The notes under the pieces were generated by a model that saw nothing but the letters and a program-made list of their open reading frames with translations, was not told where the DNA came from and searched no databases. The position numbers and the translations under genes are program-made. DNA of 64,000 bases from positions 99,013,021 through 99,077,020 of the forward strand of contig NC_068982.1 in NCBI RefSeq assembly GCF_001194135.2, given 5' to 3'. Below, in pieces: positions 25,201 through 39,715 of the stretch. The DNA is from Octopus bimaculoides (lineage: Eukaryota). The stretch's first letter is position 1; each line of letters opens with the position of its first letter.

Positions 25201-28200
25201 GTGTTGACCTGCAGTGTCAATTATATAGATTTCTTCAATCTGCAAGGACCTACACAGTTTAGTAAGTGTGAAACCTATCTAAACTCATTAAGCCATGCTT
25301 TATCATTCTCTTTCAAATTTAATATATTTCAAATTATTGAAACAATCCTTTGTAATCATCTATAACACTTTGAGGCTCTCTCTCATTTCCATTCTGAAAA
25401 CTAGATTTGCCAATGACCTACCTTCTGTTAAGATATACAAACAGATAAGGCAATAGTTCGAGAACTATTGCAATGTTAAGACAAATGAGATAGGCCACTT
25501 TACTTCAGTCAGTCCTTTTGGCCAGTGTGAGGTTTACAACATCATTAAACTTATAAAGTCATAGGGTAGATGAAAAATTGAAAGAGTATAAAATGAAGTG
25601 AATTAAATCAAAACAATTCTTTAGAAATTGATTCCATGATTGTTATGACCATGATCTGACATTTGGTTACAGTTTACTTTGTAGCCTGAACTTGGCCATT
25701 TTTGCCTTCAACAACATTTTTGTATTTTTGATAATGATTTCTAAAGGAAAATAATAACCAAATGCAACGATCAGAATAACTAATAGACATAGTATCTTGG
25801 TATCTATAATTGTACAAACAAATTTTCTAATATCAACAAACTATATCCATACCAATAATTTGATATTTGATAACAGTTAAAAGCCATATGTTAACATAAG
25901 ATTGCTGAACTGATTTTGTAGTACTAATTTTTCTAGGGAAAATTTTTTTGAAGGAAAGCCTTTTAAGAGCAGACACTGAGCTAGCTTCAATATGACCCTT
26001 AACATCTACATAATTTATAGTCTAACATTTCTCTCTCAAGCACTTGAAAACTATTCCAACAACTGTAACTCAATACAACAGCTGTAACTAATTAGAAGAC
26101 ATTACATGAAGTAACAATTTCATAACTTATTTTTTATATTTTGCTAAATGAAATCAATCCAGAAACAGTATTTGTAATCATTAATTTAAGTAGTACCATT
26201 AAATGTTTCGTGGATTTTTTTGCAGTAATAAGAATAACCAACACTCAAATAACACCAGCAAATGCTCATACAGAACAAGGAACAGAAATAGAAATTTCAT
26301 GGTGCCTGAAACATCAAGCTATTACTAAGGTTTAACTGACCATTTATATGGAAAATATGGAGGTGTAGCCATACAAAAACATGACAATGGTATAGGATAA
26401 TCTTCTAGATCTATATACTAGATTTAAAAGAAACTGAAGAAAGCATGCAGAAAACAGGTGACTATAGAGTTTAACTCTTTTGTTGTGATGTTTCTATTGA
26501 AATACTCTTTGTTGCAATTAATTTTGAAAGTAACAGAATTTCAGTAAAATAACTTATTAATAAACTGGTGCTTAGAACATAAATTGATATGAAATTTTGA
26601 TAGTAAGTTTTAATTTAGATCACCTAAAAACAGTGATTCACAGAGCCAAAGGTATCAAAAGGGTTATATTTTATCTTTCAAAAAGAACCAAAAGTTTTGC
26701 CAATATCAAATTATGAAGTTTCAGAAAGCAAAAGATTTTGAAATGTCCAAATATATTAGGATATGACTGAGAAAAAGTATGTTGAAATGATACATATGAG
26801 ACTTACAGCCAGTGATAATGAGAATTAAATGTTTAGAAATTTCACAATGTGAGGCTCTAATAAATAAAGTGTGGACTGTGGGTATGACAGGAAAGTAAAA
26901 CCAATAGAAGAGCAAGCAGTATACTTTTATGTAAATCTATTGAAGACATTGAGTTATGGGAAGCTACAATACCTTCCAAGGTAATTGCTGTGAACATCAG
27001 AATGTATTAAGCAACAAAGTCTTAGCATGAAAATGTTATGCTTTGTCATAAAGTTGGCAGAATAATAGCATAGATAGAGGACAGAGTTAAGTAAGATACA
27101 AAAAAAAAAAAAAATTAAGATGTAAAATATAATTATAATTTATCCTCAATATCATCATTTTACATCTACTTTCCATGTAGGCATAAGTTTAATAGGATGT
27201 CATGGGTGCTGTCATTTTGCACACACACACACACAGCAACAGAGAAAACCAACCAATTTTGGTATTGTGTTAGTCTTATGTACATTTTAACATGCCCAAT
27301 GGTACTTCAAAGGTTGTCTCATGTGAGGAAAAATAAAGAGTCCACTCTCAGAGTTACTGCCTTCCTGCTATGTGGCTTACAGAATCCACATTTTATGTTC
27401 TAGTTATAGCAGAGCTTTTACAGCTAGATGCTCTTCCTACCACCAACCACTTTACAGAGTTTACTGGGTGCAATTTTATCACACACTAACACCAAAGATG
27501 TGAAGACTAAAGACACCCTTTTTGCTTTTATCAGTTCCCATTTGGAATTATTGTGACATACACCTAGACAGGCAATATGTAATGCAGCTTGTGGAATTTA
27601 CATCTTGATCATATTCCATTGATACAGATAAGGGGGAAAGGCTTATTTTCTAAACAGGAGCACATGATGGCGATCTGATGCAGCTTGGTATGAAAATCAA
27701 AATGGCATGAAATAGTGAAATTTTCAAAGAAAACCTCAGAATGAAATAAATTCTTGTAGTCATTTATAAATATACACAATAATGATTCGACAATATAATT
27801 GTCACTTTTCAGCTTCTCATGATTTAGTATTTAATAAAAACAAAAAAGCCTTTACAATATTCATATTTACTAGATATTAAACCAGGTATCACCATCATTT
27901 ATTACTTAGTCTACTAACTGTATGATACCTCATCAGCTGATTCAGGCATCTACACCACCCACATAGCTGTTCTAACTTAAGTTTACAAACATTATCATCT
28001 ACATAGTTGAGTAACAATGAATAGAAAGTTAGCCAATTAGATTATTTCACCCATTCTTTTTAATTTTGCATTTTTCATAATATCAAATGGCTGATGCTCC
28101 TCTCACCCAATCAATATATATTTCTACAGCATCTTAAGTCAGCCACAAGTGTGACCAAACTGAAATATTGGTCCAAAAATAATATATAGCCTTAGTTATG

Positions 28201-28443
28201 GTATGGAAGTGGTAATTTCCAGCTCACATTTTACTTTAGGTTATGCTGTCTTTTTTCACCAATTAAAATTACAGCAGTATCCAAGGTTCACATCACAAAC
28301 CATCCATGCATATTTTGTAGGTTTGTCTGGCTATAGCTTGCTTTCATCAAGAAACAGTCTTTGCCCTGGTTGGTAACTGTACTTAAATGTCCTTTACATA
28401 CTATCTAGGAAGTATCTTATTCTAAATAATGAATTTATTTTTT

Positions 28444-28530
28444 CTGGAGGATATATCAGCTGAAATGTTGTGTTAACAACAAACAAGATGAAGACAAATA
28501 TTGGTCAAATGTAAATAATGTAAATAATGT
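28444..28530 (+). mobile_element. Truncated single-arm fragment of the same hammerhead element
   Basis: ctggaggatatatcagctgaaatgttgtgttaacaacaaacaagatgaagacaaata...taaataatgt matches the 3' part of the arm. Confidence 0.85.
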
Positions 28531-28825
28531 TGTTTTTTCTTATTCACATAATTGTGTACTACTGATGTCTCATAAGTTGCTTTAGAGTTCACATGTATTC
28601 CAATGAAGTTTGCTAATGCTCATTAATATGTTTATAGCAAGATATGGCTAAATTTCATACAAGTATGTATGAGACCATAATCTACTTTGCTTTTTCCTTC
28701 GTTTATGTCCTGCATATCAATTTGTTTCTGTAGTTATCATCTGGAACACTTCCAATAGATACAAGTAAAAAGAAACAATTGATTGGTTTTGAGTCATTGG
28801 GAAGACTGCGATTGGATCCACCTAT

Positions 28826-29403
28826 GCAACTGGAACTGTTCAGAATGTTTACAAGAAATTTTCTGGAAGACTGCAGCCATTGATATGCACCATAAAGGGT
28901 ACTAGGAATGTATTATCAGAGTTCTAGAAAATTTGTGCAACAAGCCAGTCATGCAATAGGAATTCAAAATCTAGTGTCATTTACATTTTGAAATGCTGTC
29001 ATTGAAAAAGATACATTCGAAGAATAGACCATGCTCACAATGAAGGTGACCCAGATGGAAGAGTAGAGTTTTTTGAGTAGTACTTGGCAAGATGTGTAGA
29101 AGATGTACACTTTCCAACAAAGATTGCTTGGAATGATGAGGCAACATTTAAATTAAATGGCTTAATGAATTACTTCAATTGCACCCATTGGGGACCTGAG
29201 AAGCCATACAGTACAGAAGGATATCGTGTTAATATACCAGAAGTTATAGTACAGCAGAGCTTATCATCAAAAGGATTACTTGGATCACTCTTTTTTGACT
29301 GTGTTGTGACTGATCCCATTTAATTGAATTGCTGTGACAATGTGTCATGTCAAGCATTCAAGATGTACTTTTATTCCCAGTGAGATGGGGCACCCAACAC
29401 TAC
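28826..29403 (+). mobile_element. Tc1/mariner-superfamily (DUF4817-type) transposase relic
   Basis: TGTVQNVYKKFSGR, HAHNEGDPDGRVEF, IAWNDEATFKLNG, NCTHWG, GLLGSLFFD and Q*DGAP catalytic-domain motifs. Confidence 0.85.
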
Positions 29404-29526
29404 CATTGTAATGTAATTTTAATAGATAGTAATGTTATAATCATTCTATAAGTGTATACATTTTTGGAGGTCTCATGGTCTCATCCTCTGTGTGTGCTTG
29501 CATGTGTGAGTGCATATATATATATA

Positions 29527-32500
29527 ATCATCATCGTTTAATGTCCGTTTTTCATGCTGGCATGGGTTGGACAGTTCGACTGGGGTCTGGGAAGCCAGGA
29601 GGCTGCACCAGGCCCCAATCTGATCTGGCAGTGTTTCTAAAGCTGGATGCCCTTCCTAACGCCAATCACTCCGGGAGTGTAGTGTGTGCCTTTTACATGC
29701 CACCGGCACAGGGGCCAGAGAGGCTGGCATCGACCATGATCGGATGGTGCTTTTTACGTGCCAGTGGCACGGAAGCCAGTCAAAGCGGCACTGGCATTGG
29801 CCACGCTCAGATGGTGCTTTTTACATGCTACCGGCACAGAGGTCACAACTACAATTTCCATTTGATTTGATTTTGATATTACTGTTGATGTTGATGTATT
29901 TGACTCAATAGGTCTCCTCAAGCATGTCATGTCGTCCTACGATCCAAGGTACTTTTGAGTGGGCTGGTTATGCGACACTGGTGTAGGTTACAGCTGTGAA
30001 CTCACTTTATTTGCCGGGTCTTCTCAGTCACAGCATACCTNNNNNNNNNNGTAGGTTACAGCTGTGAACTCACTTTATTTGCCGGGTCTTCTCAGTCACA
30101 GCATACCTCCAGAGGTCTCAGCCTTTTGTCATTGCCTCTGTGAGGCCCAACGTTCAAAAGTTATGCTCATTCCATGTCTTCCTGGGTCTCCCTCTACCCT
30201 GGATTCCTTCCACTGTTTGGGAGTGGCAATTCTCCACACAGCTCTCCTCATCCATCCGCAGTACATGACCATACCAACGCAAACGTCTCTCTTGCACACC
30301 ATATTCGATGCTTCTTATATCTAACATTTCTCTCAGGGCGCTTACACTCTGTCGTGTGTGCACACTGACATTACACATCCAGCGGATCATGCTAGCTTCA
30401 TTTCTTTTGAGCCTACGCATGTTTTCAGCAGTCATGGTCCATGTTTCACTGCCGTGAAGCATGGCAGTTCGCACACATGCTTCATACAATATACCTTTCA
30501 CTCTGAGCAAGAGGCCCTTTGTCACCAGTAGGGGTAGAAGCTTTCTGAACTTTGCCGAAGTTATTTTTATTCTAGTGGTAACACTCTCTGAGCATCCACC
30601 CCCACTACAGAAGCTATCAACTACTTCTAGTTTCTCCCCCTGGTATGTGATGGAGTCTATTTTCTGAGCATCTGCTACATGTGAAAGCTATCTTCCCAGT
30701 TAATCTTCCTTTGATGTTGCTGTACCTCTTATATGTCCATAGCTTGCACTGAGTATATCTTATGGAGTTTCTACCTACATCTTTTCTACAGATCGAGCGG
30801 GGCCACCTACCTGAAGGGGTGTGTGATGTGTTCACCTTCCTACTTACTAGAATTTTGATCTTTGCAACATTGACTCTAAGGCCCTTCAATTCTAAACCTT
30901 GCTTCCACACTTGAAGCTTCTTCTCTAGTTCTGGTAGTGATTCTGCTCTGAGGGCCAGGTCATCAGCATAGAGGAGCTCCCAGGAGCAATTTGTCTTGAA
31001 TTCCTGTTATTGCCTGGAGGACTATGATGAATAAGAGGGGGCTGAGGGCTGATCCTTGGTGGACCCCTACTTCTACTCGGAATTTTTCACTACACTCATT
31101 TCCAATCTTAACCCTCCTAACGGCATCTCTGTATAGGGCCTGTACAGCCCTTATTAACCATTCATCAATCCCCAGTTTCTGCATCGCCTAACAGATAAGG
31201 GATCGGGGTGCCCTGTCAAAGGCTTTCTCCAAATCCACAAAAGTCAAGTATAGGGGTTTATCTTTGGCTAAGTATTTCTCCTGCAGTTGCCGTACCAAGA
31301 ATATAACATCAGTGGTGCTTCAACCTGGCACATAACCGAACTGCATCTCATCTAAGCAGACACTCTCCCTAATTAGTTGGGCTACGACCCTCTTTGTGAC
31401 CTTCATCACCTGATCCAGCAGTTTGATACTCCTGTAGTTATTTCTATCTAAAGCATCACCTTTACCCTTGTAGCAGTTGACTATGGTGCTGCTACTCCAG
31501 TTATTCGGTATGACTCCATCATGAACTACCTGGTTTACAGTACGGATGACTAGGCCATAGCCCACACCACCAGATGTTTTAAGCATCTCAGCAGTGATTC
31601 CTGATGGGCCGGGGGCTTTTCCTGGCTTCATACCCTTAATTGCTTTATCTACCAGGGTGCTGTCTATTCAGATAGCTAGTCCCTCTAAGGATCAACATTT
31701 GGCAGGCTCTCCTCCTCCCATTCATTCTCCATGTTCAGGAGTCTTTCATAATGGCTTTTTCAAGCCTCTTTCTTTTCCGAATCATTAAAAGCAAGTGCAC
31801 CATCATCCATGTAGACACATTTCTTTCCTATGACATCACAATTCTCTCTCATACACTGTCTTGCAATCCGGAATACTTCAGTTCTTTGGTCCCCACGTCG
31901 CTGGATATTGGAAAACTTCTTCTTTTCTGTTTTGCCCTTGGCTATGTACCTCTGTTGCCCAACCTCCCTTCTGGTTATCTGGTACGGTTCCCTGCTACCC
32001 CCACCCTTCCAGGCTTTCCGGGCCTGTTTCTTTGCGCTGATGGCTTTGTCTACCGTATTATTCCACCACCACATTACTCTAGGTCTGGAAGGGACTTTGT
32101 ACCATCCGCAGACTTGGTCTGTGGCACTCAGTAAGCTGTCCCATAAGAATTTCCAGCTACCTTCTACGTCCGGGGACTGTAGCTCCTCCTTTCTCACATC
32201 AAATTTCTTGATGTGGATGTCCCTAAATCTCTGACCATCTGAAGGGTTCTTTAGCTTCCAAATCCTTCTCTTCCGGATTGGTCTACTTCCTGGCATCCTT
32301 CTGGTCTCAAGTCGAAAGTCACTAATGACTAGTCTATACTGGTGGGTGCATTCCTCACCTGGGAGGGTCTTTGTATTTAAGAGCAACCCTGCGTCCTGCT
32401 GTCTGGTGAGGATGAAATCAATCTGGCTAGCAGTGTCACCCGATTGCTAGGTTATCAGGTGGCTGTCTGGCTTCCTGAACTTAGAGCTGCAGATTAAAAG

Positions 32501-32832
32501 GTTACATATATCACATGACTCTAGTAGCCTAGTTCCCTCATCATTCTGGGAACCAATACCATGGCCCCACCGTGTACACCAGTGAAGATACCAGATTTCC
32601 GCCCAACATGCCCATTAAAATCTCCAGTCGCAAAGATGAGGTCATTGCCACTCATCTCTGAAGTAGCCTGTAGAAGGGTATCATAAAAATGGTCCTTCTG
32701 ATCATTTGGTAGCCCCGCTTGTAGGGCATAGGCAGAGATAATTTGACCTGTGCTGTTCTGCAGGACTAGCATGAGCACTCTATTGCATACTCTGACAACC
32801 TCTATGACCTTATCCACCCATTTCTCCGCAAT
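29527..32832 (-). mobile_element. RTE-clade LINE, 5'-truncated, disabled by stops and frameshifts
   Basis: Endonuclease motifs (IISAYA, GDFNGHVG, QIDFIL, HQYRLVISDF) and RT motifs (KAPGPSG, QFGYVPG, VGVHQGSALSPLLF, ELLYADD, RGRPRKTW). The 3' UTR ends in (GAT)n. Possible low-complexity TSD atatataat at 29520-29528 and 32831-32839. Confidence 0.95.
30041..30050. other. Assembly gap (10 N) with overlapping contig ends
   Basis: 29983-30040 is repeated exactly at 30051-30108. Confidence 0.95.
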
Positions 32833-33562
32833 ATATAATATTCATTGTCATCATTTACATGTTTGCTTTTTCCAACCCTTACTTGTTTTCCAATACAGTT
32901 TCCACGAACCAGTTTTCACTCACAAGGCTATAATGGAACACTGGCTCAATGTGCCTTCAAGCTCAAGCTTGCAACCATTTAATTGCAAAGAAAACTTCAC
33001 AAACACAAACCCATGCCTGCACCCACCCCTACTTCCCTACATATAGTCATCATTGTAATGCCTACTTTTCCAAGCAGTCATGAGTCAGATAAGATTTATT
33101 GAGAGAGATCTTTTATGACAAGATGCCTGTTTCAAGCAAGGTAATATTTACCCCTAGTCCAGATATGCTTTAAGGAAAACTACAAACAAATGTCACTGTC
33201 TGTATGATGGTGAACAATGTCAAAACACACATACACACACAAAGCTTCTCAATTTCCAAATACCAAATGCACTCATAAGATTTTGGTCAACCTGGGGGTA
33301 CAAAAGACTGAATTATTCAATTGTAGTTTGAATAATACCAGCAGTTCAGCCATTTTTGTAAAACTAAGTGCAAATTACGTTTTCATGAAACCAATGGTTA
33401 TTGTACTATCAATACTGAACGATCAAAAGAAATTATTCATCCACCAATATGGTGTTGATTTGCACATTCTAGTTCACTACTACAACTACACATTCTAACA
33501 TCTACTTCCCCATGCTTGACAAGAGTTTTCTGTGGCTGGATGTCCTTCCTGATGCCAACACC

Positions 33563-33565
<3 letters not shown>

Positions 33566-33636
<71 letters not shown>
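33566..33636. repeat. (AG)n microsatellite
   Basis: Near-perfect run. Confidence 0.98.
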
Positions 33637-35007
33637 GGAAATATGTCCTTTTATAGATCCATGCCCTACAGTCTGGTGAGCAATCAGAAAGCTGAGCATG
33701 GAAGACTCTTAGGGAGAACTTAATAGAAGTGTTACAGCTGTTGAGAGAAAATGTTCTTAGTCTGTTTCAAAGTTAGGATGTATGAAAAGTGTGCAATATG
33801 TGTAATGTTGCAGATCAATGAAACATGGGTTAGAAGACAAAGAATCTAATGTAACTCCGAGGAATAAAGTGAGCATGGTCAGATATGCACTTTTTACTCT
33901 TGACGAAGGCCAAGTGCCAAAGAGCAGAGAAAGGGACTAAGTATCAAAGACATTGATAGACACATGTTGAAGTGGACATTTAATCAGCAGGATAGTAATT
34001 AGTTTACTGAGTTAGTGTTGAAAAATATTTATGATAGAGAGAGGCAAACTAAAGAATAAATGGAACTGGAATGAGAATTGGACCTTGCAAACAATGTGAA
34101 AGAACTTGTGAGAAGGGCAGCATTGTAGAGTCATCAGCCTATGCCAGCATGAAAAAAAGAATGTTAAAATGATAATGGTGATGGCACTAATTTTGTAAGC
34201 ATTAGAGAATACTTTTGATGATATCTCATCTAATTAAAATATCAGCATAGACAATAGTAACAATAATATCCATCAGTTTTTCAGTAAAAGAGGAAAACTA
34301 AAACGAAAAGAAAAAAAAAAAACATGAACAGAATATGGTATACTTGAGTATTAATGAATATGCGATGGCTGAAAACTGTAAAGTAGGGTATTCTGAAGAA
34401 AAGAAAGAAATCAAACAACTCGATGAAAAACAAAAATAATAACATGTCATAATTAACATTTCAATATATATTCTATACCACGTCTATTATAATTAAAGCA
34501 TAATTTAAATGAGACATGAGATTATTAACAAAAAAATCAAAAAAAATGGAATATATTTATATTTTCGAAAAAGTGTAAATGATGTAGATTTCATGTCAAC
34601 TCACATAACACATTTTAAACAGAATGCAGACATACAACACAGTTCTGCTACAATTTACATATACAAAAAAAAATGTATCATAAGGCAATTTGGAAAACAT
34701 TTAATGCTTACAGAACGTACACCACAAAGCCTATAAATATTACCAGAAATGGTGATGTGGTTTTCAACAAGTGGACTATATGGAATCAGTTCAGAATTAA
34801 TGTTAGAATGATGATTGAAGCAGAGTAATTTAAATTAGTTCATCTAGGAATCATAAATGAATGTGATAGGGAGTAAAGGGAGAAATAAAGCATGTTGTTA
34901 TGAAGGAAGAATTTTAGTAAATGAAAAAATGGATAGAGCTCAAATGAGACTAAGTGCAAATATGAGATTTAGTAAGGAAGTGTTCAGGACAAATGAATAA
35001 GAATTTC

Positions 35008-35010
<3 letters not shown>

Positions 35011-35061
<51 letters not shown>

Positions 35062-35078
35062 TGTGTATGTGTGTGTGT
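35011..35078. repeat. (GA)n(GT)n microsatellite
   Basis: Direct reading. Confidence 0.98.
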
Positions 35079-35386
35079 ATCTGAGAAAGTGTATTTGTAA
35101 TAGGATAAAGGGAGTAAGAGTATGTAATAATAGGACAGAGAATCTGAATGAGATGCACAAAGAGATAAAAGTATGTGAGAAAAGAGTTTAAGTAAATGAA
35201 AAAGCAAATCTGAGTGTAAGTTTGAGTGGAGTTTAGAAAGCAGGATTTAAGGATTCTTATTGTTTTCTAAAGACCTAACAGAGCTATGGGGTTCCTAGAT
35301 GCCTATGATTACTAAAATCTTCAGTTGGTTTATAAACGTTACGAGTATACACACTGTAGTTCTGTCAGTAGTAGTAGTACCAAAAA

Positions 35387-35432
<46 letters not shown>

Positions 35433-35476
35433 TATATAAATATATATACAGCATATCTCTCAGTAGATGTACTTAC

Positions 35477-35719
35477 AATGGCGAGTATTCTGCATAACAT
35501 CAGCAAGGGCATGTCGTGCTGTATTACCAGGGATACTGATGTTAGCATATGCAACACTGTATGGCCGATCAGTTCCTTTGTGAACTGGGGAAGCACCAGC
35601 ATCAGTATACGAAGAGGAACTGGTACCACTGTCTCTTCCTCTGTTACCACGAGCAAAGTCGTTTTGGGAATTCTCTTCATCAAACACACTGTCATCATCA
35701 TCATCAGTTGATGAATCAA
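35477..35719 (-). CDS. DIP2: DIP2 coding exon, Ser/Asp-rich region (phase 1-1, 243 nt)
   Basis: Acceptor gttttattgtag, donor GTAAGT. Translates VDSSTDDDDDSVFDEE...ARHALADVMQNTRH; the LADVM motif is shared with vertebrate DIP2 (recalled). Confidence 0.92.
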
Positions 35720-38534
35720 CTACAATAAAACAAATTTCAAACATTGTAAAAAAAAAAATAAATAAAAATGTCAACATGTTCTTTTTGTTGTTGTTGTTGG
35801 TAGTGGTGTTAAATAAATTCAGTTGAACAATTTGTTTCATGCAAATATTTATCTTCCTTTATTTCTTGCTTTCTGAATGGTAAGTATCCAAAATTTTCTC
35901 AGTAAAGCAACTTAAAATTGTTGTTGAGAAGAGCTTTTGTAGATTTGGTTTTAGAGTGAAAAAATTCGGCATTTAATTTACATCAAAGTCAAAATACATA
36001 TTCAGCAGTTATAGTATTCCTCTGTATTCGAGAGAAAGGAATTCTATTAGATAATTTGACTTTAGTTTGGTTTCAGACTTAAACTTTCAAGATTTCAGTT
36101 GACTTTTACAAGAATTCTTGTTCGATGATGTCATTAGACTTTCAAGAAGTATAGTTACCAACACAATTATCCTGATGATGTGAGGTAAAATTTTGTTTTA
36201 TAGGAAGCAGTTAGATAAAAATGTCATTCCATTGGTCTTAATTCTTTCACATATACAAGTTACTTTCCTAAAAATGAGGTTGCATTTCTTAAAAGTGAGA
36301 CCTTGTTTTATATACATATAACTTGACCTTACAATATTGGTTAGCAGATGACTTCAACATCATCCTTTACTTCTTGTAGTGGTTGCTGTACTATAAGTCA
36401 GTGCAAATCTTATTCATTATATGCATATTTACAAATCTTGTAAGTCTTCCTTCGTTTCGTATCACAACAAGTGAAAGTCACCAAAGATAAAGCTTCACTG
36501 TATACAGAGTTGATCAAGAGTTATTGAGATTTGCAGACATAAAAAGGCAGCTAAAATAATTCTTCCATTATTTTGTGCTAGTCAACTGAAATTTTAGCAG
36601 CTCTATGGCAGTATTGTAAATTCATGCTTTGCTTAAGATAAGAGAGAAAAATAGCATTCTTGGATTTAAATCTTGAAGTTCGAATCATGGGAAATATATC
36701 CATGTGTATAAGATATTTTTAAAATACTGTTTAGTCTAGATATTAGCATTTGTTTTAAAGGATGTTCTAATTAAATACATTTTAAAGGATTAAGAGAAGT
36801 AATTGATGAGTAAGTTTAGATAAATTAAAAGATAGATGCAAAATGGAATGCAAAGAAAACAGAAGGAAATGTACAGAAAATAATCAGAAGAGAGTAATTA
36901 TTTAAAAAAAGAAAAAAGAAAGTAAGTAATGTTAAAATAGCGAAGCAAATGAATAAGTCCAAAAACAAACAAAATCAGAACTTCCAATAATACAACTAGT
37001 TGTTACAAATCTTGTAGCTGTGTCACTTAGTAATTAACATGAATATCAAAGAAAGGTATGATTTTAATAATTTAAATATTAACATCTAAATAGTAGAATC
37101 CATACAGTATATGCAATGTTACAAGAAACAAATCAAACACAACTAGTATATTTTTGGTTAGTAATATATTTTTTAATCAAGTATAATGCTAAAAGTTGTA
37201 AGGAGGCATTATAATCTACTAACTCCAGAGGGACAAAAATCAAAGTCATCTCTGATGGAAATTACACAATGATAGAGTGACAAAACTAAATACTGTAAGG
37301 CATTTAATCTTGTGCTCTAGTTCACTTAACATACCACCTCTTGGATATGTCAAAATATATCAAACAAATTAGTGCAATATTACATCAAAGAAAGTAAATT
37401 CCTTCTTATTAACATTCAGTGTGCAGACATGCAACTTTTGACAGATCATTCATTACAATATAAGACAATGAAGAATACTATTGGATAGAATCAAGGGTAA
37501 AGCAGGGGTTCAACAGATAGAGACCTATTAATTTTTACAAAAGATATCATTGTTGAAATACTATTTAAAACTAACCATGTGATCAACTGGATGTGTTATG
37601 TGATTTCTAAATGGAGGCATGCATATAAAATTATCTTTTAAACAAGACAATAATTGAAATAAGAGTAGTGGTATAAAGGAAAGCCATCCAGCACAGGAAG
37701 CAAGCTATAAATTGCTGACATTTATTTTTTCTTTTTCTTTTAAAATCTAGAGTAAAATTATCATTGTTGTTGTTATCATCATTATATCATTGTTATGTTT
37801 TTAATAATATTCAAAAGTACTAACACAAATCCAATTGAAAACACACATCTCAGTCTTATATCACCTGAAAATACCTGAATCAAACCGCTCTAGTTTATAT
37901 TTGTTTCAAACAAAGTTATGAACTACTTAATCTAAAGAAGAAAACTTTAAATCCCTTCCCTTGTCATTTACATTCTGTAATGTTTGCAATTAAAACTCAT
38001 GCACATGATGCCAATTTTTTCTAGAATTCTTTCCAGAGTTTTTTTGATGTCTTTTTTTATATTTTTATTGAAACTTTTGTACATGCTTGACTATACTGAA
38101 TCTCAAAGGAGTAGCTCAGGTAACCTATAGATTTTGTATAACAGAAACTGCAAAAAGATCAGGGAATATACTGCTTTTTTTAAAACAATGTATGTCCACA
38201 CCTGTTACTAAATGCACTCATTAACTTCTTTCTTTCCACCATCTTTGTCTTGTGTATTTGTTTTATCAACTATTATTATGTGATTAGTTAATAGTTACAC
38301 AAACACACCATTATTTTTAGCACAAACGACCATAAAAATAGTATTTTCTGTAATTCTGACATATTTTCCAAAAATTTGATCACAAATAAATATACTTTGC
38401 TCAGTCATTATAAGACTGAGCTTAAGACTTGGAAAATTTCCAATGTGATGTTAAGAGTTAAAATTCATAGACCGTGTGATATTTAAGTAGCTATAGTCAA
38501 CCAATGGTCAGCTAGGTTACTGAGCACACAATGA

Positions 38535-38656
38535 ATCATCATCATCATCATCATCATCGTTTAACGTCCGCTCTCCATGCTAGCATGGGTTGGACGATTT
38601 GACTGAGGACTGGTGAAACCGGATGGCAACACCAGGCTCCAATCTAATTTGGCAGA
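38535..38656 (-). mobile_element. RTE-type 3' tail fragment
   Basis: (cat)n cgtttaacgtccgctctccatgctagcatgggttggacgatttgactgagg. Confidence 0.85.
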
Positions 38657-38990
38657 TGTGTATACATATGTGTGAGTTTATATGTATATCATGTATATAT
38701 TAGCACATACATATAGCTGTGTGCGCATGTGTATATGAGCATATATGTATATATGCATGCACATGTGCATGTGTTTATAGTATATGTGTGTATGTGTGTT
38801 TATATATGTATACATATGGGTGCACATTTGTGCATGTGTGTGTATACACATGCTTATGTATGCATATATATTCGTATCTATATGCTTGTATATGTAGGTG
38901 TAAGTGTATGTTTGTGTGTGTAAAATAATATGTATTGCACATACACAGGTAATTGCATGTACATAAGCATATGAGTAAATATTTGTATAT
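38655..38990. repeat. Degenerate (TG/TA) low-complexity tract
   Basis: Direct reading. Confidence 0.9.
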
Positions 38991-39429
38991 TAATGTGTAA
39001 CCACATTTAACCAATCATTTAGTTATATGTTTCTAGGAGTTTCATTATTATCATCATCATTGTAGCTTTCCAAACTCCAATTGTCTGTTGTGGCATGGTT
39101 TCTATGGCTGGATGCCCTTCCTAACACCAACCACTTAACAGAGCATGTTGGGTGCTTTTTATGTGGCGCTGGTACCTGAAAGGACAAGCCTGTATGTGTG
39201 GAAGACAGCAATTTTACATGTTTGTAAATATACATGATGGTAATTTTATTTTGTTTCTATTCATATGATGCTCATATTTACACATGTATATGTGTGTATA
39301 CAGATGTGTACCAGTGTATATTAGTATTTATGTGTGTGCATACAGGCGCATGTGTGTAGGCACAAATATCAATACATTTGTTAATGTGTGCAAATATGTG
39401 CATTTCCCCTTACCTTATTTCATTTACTG

Positions 39430-39687
39430 AACAATCGAGCTTGAAAGATTGACCGTTATGTAAACCTCCTTGAGGAATGTGAAGACGCAAGCTGAAAAGC
39501 GGAGCATCTTCCAATTGAAGTTGGATGTAGAGAATTTGTTGGACACAATGTGAGGCGACTGTTGTTATCGTTAGGCCTAACTCATCGTAAAGTGAATACC
39601 ACCATGAGTGATATCCAAACTACAGTGGAAAAGGCTAGCCACTGGATTTGGTTAAAAAGAGACGATGAGTGATGGCTAGAATATTGA
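39430..39687 (+). mobile_element. HERO-like (restriction-like endonuclease) retrotransposon C-terminal fragment
   Basis: DRYVNLLEECEDAS*KAEHLPIEVGCREFVG...TVEKASHWIWLKRDDE; the PIEVGCRGF and KAS.W.WLKR pattern is recalled from HERO elements. Confidence 0.7.
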
Positions 39688-39715
39688 GCTTTATTTGATA
39701 ATTAGTCGATCTCGC

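Noticed and set aside
29983-30108. Exact 58-bp direct repeat
   Set aside because: It straddles a 10-N gap, so it represents overlapping contig ends rather than biology.
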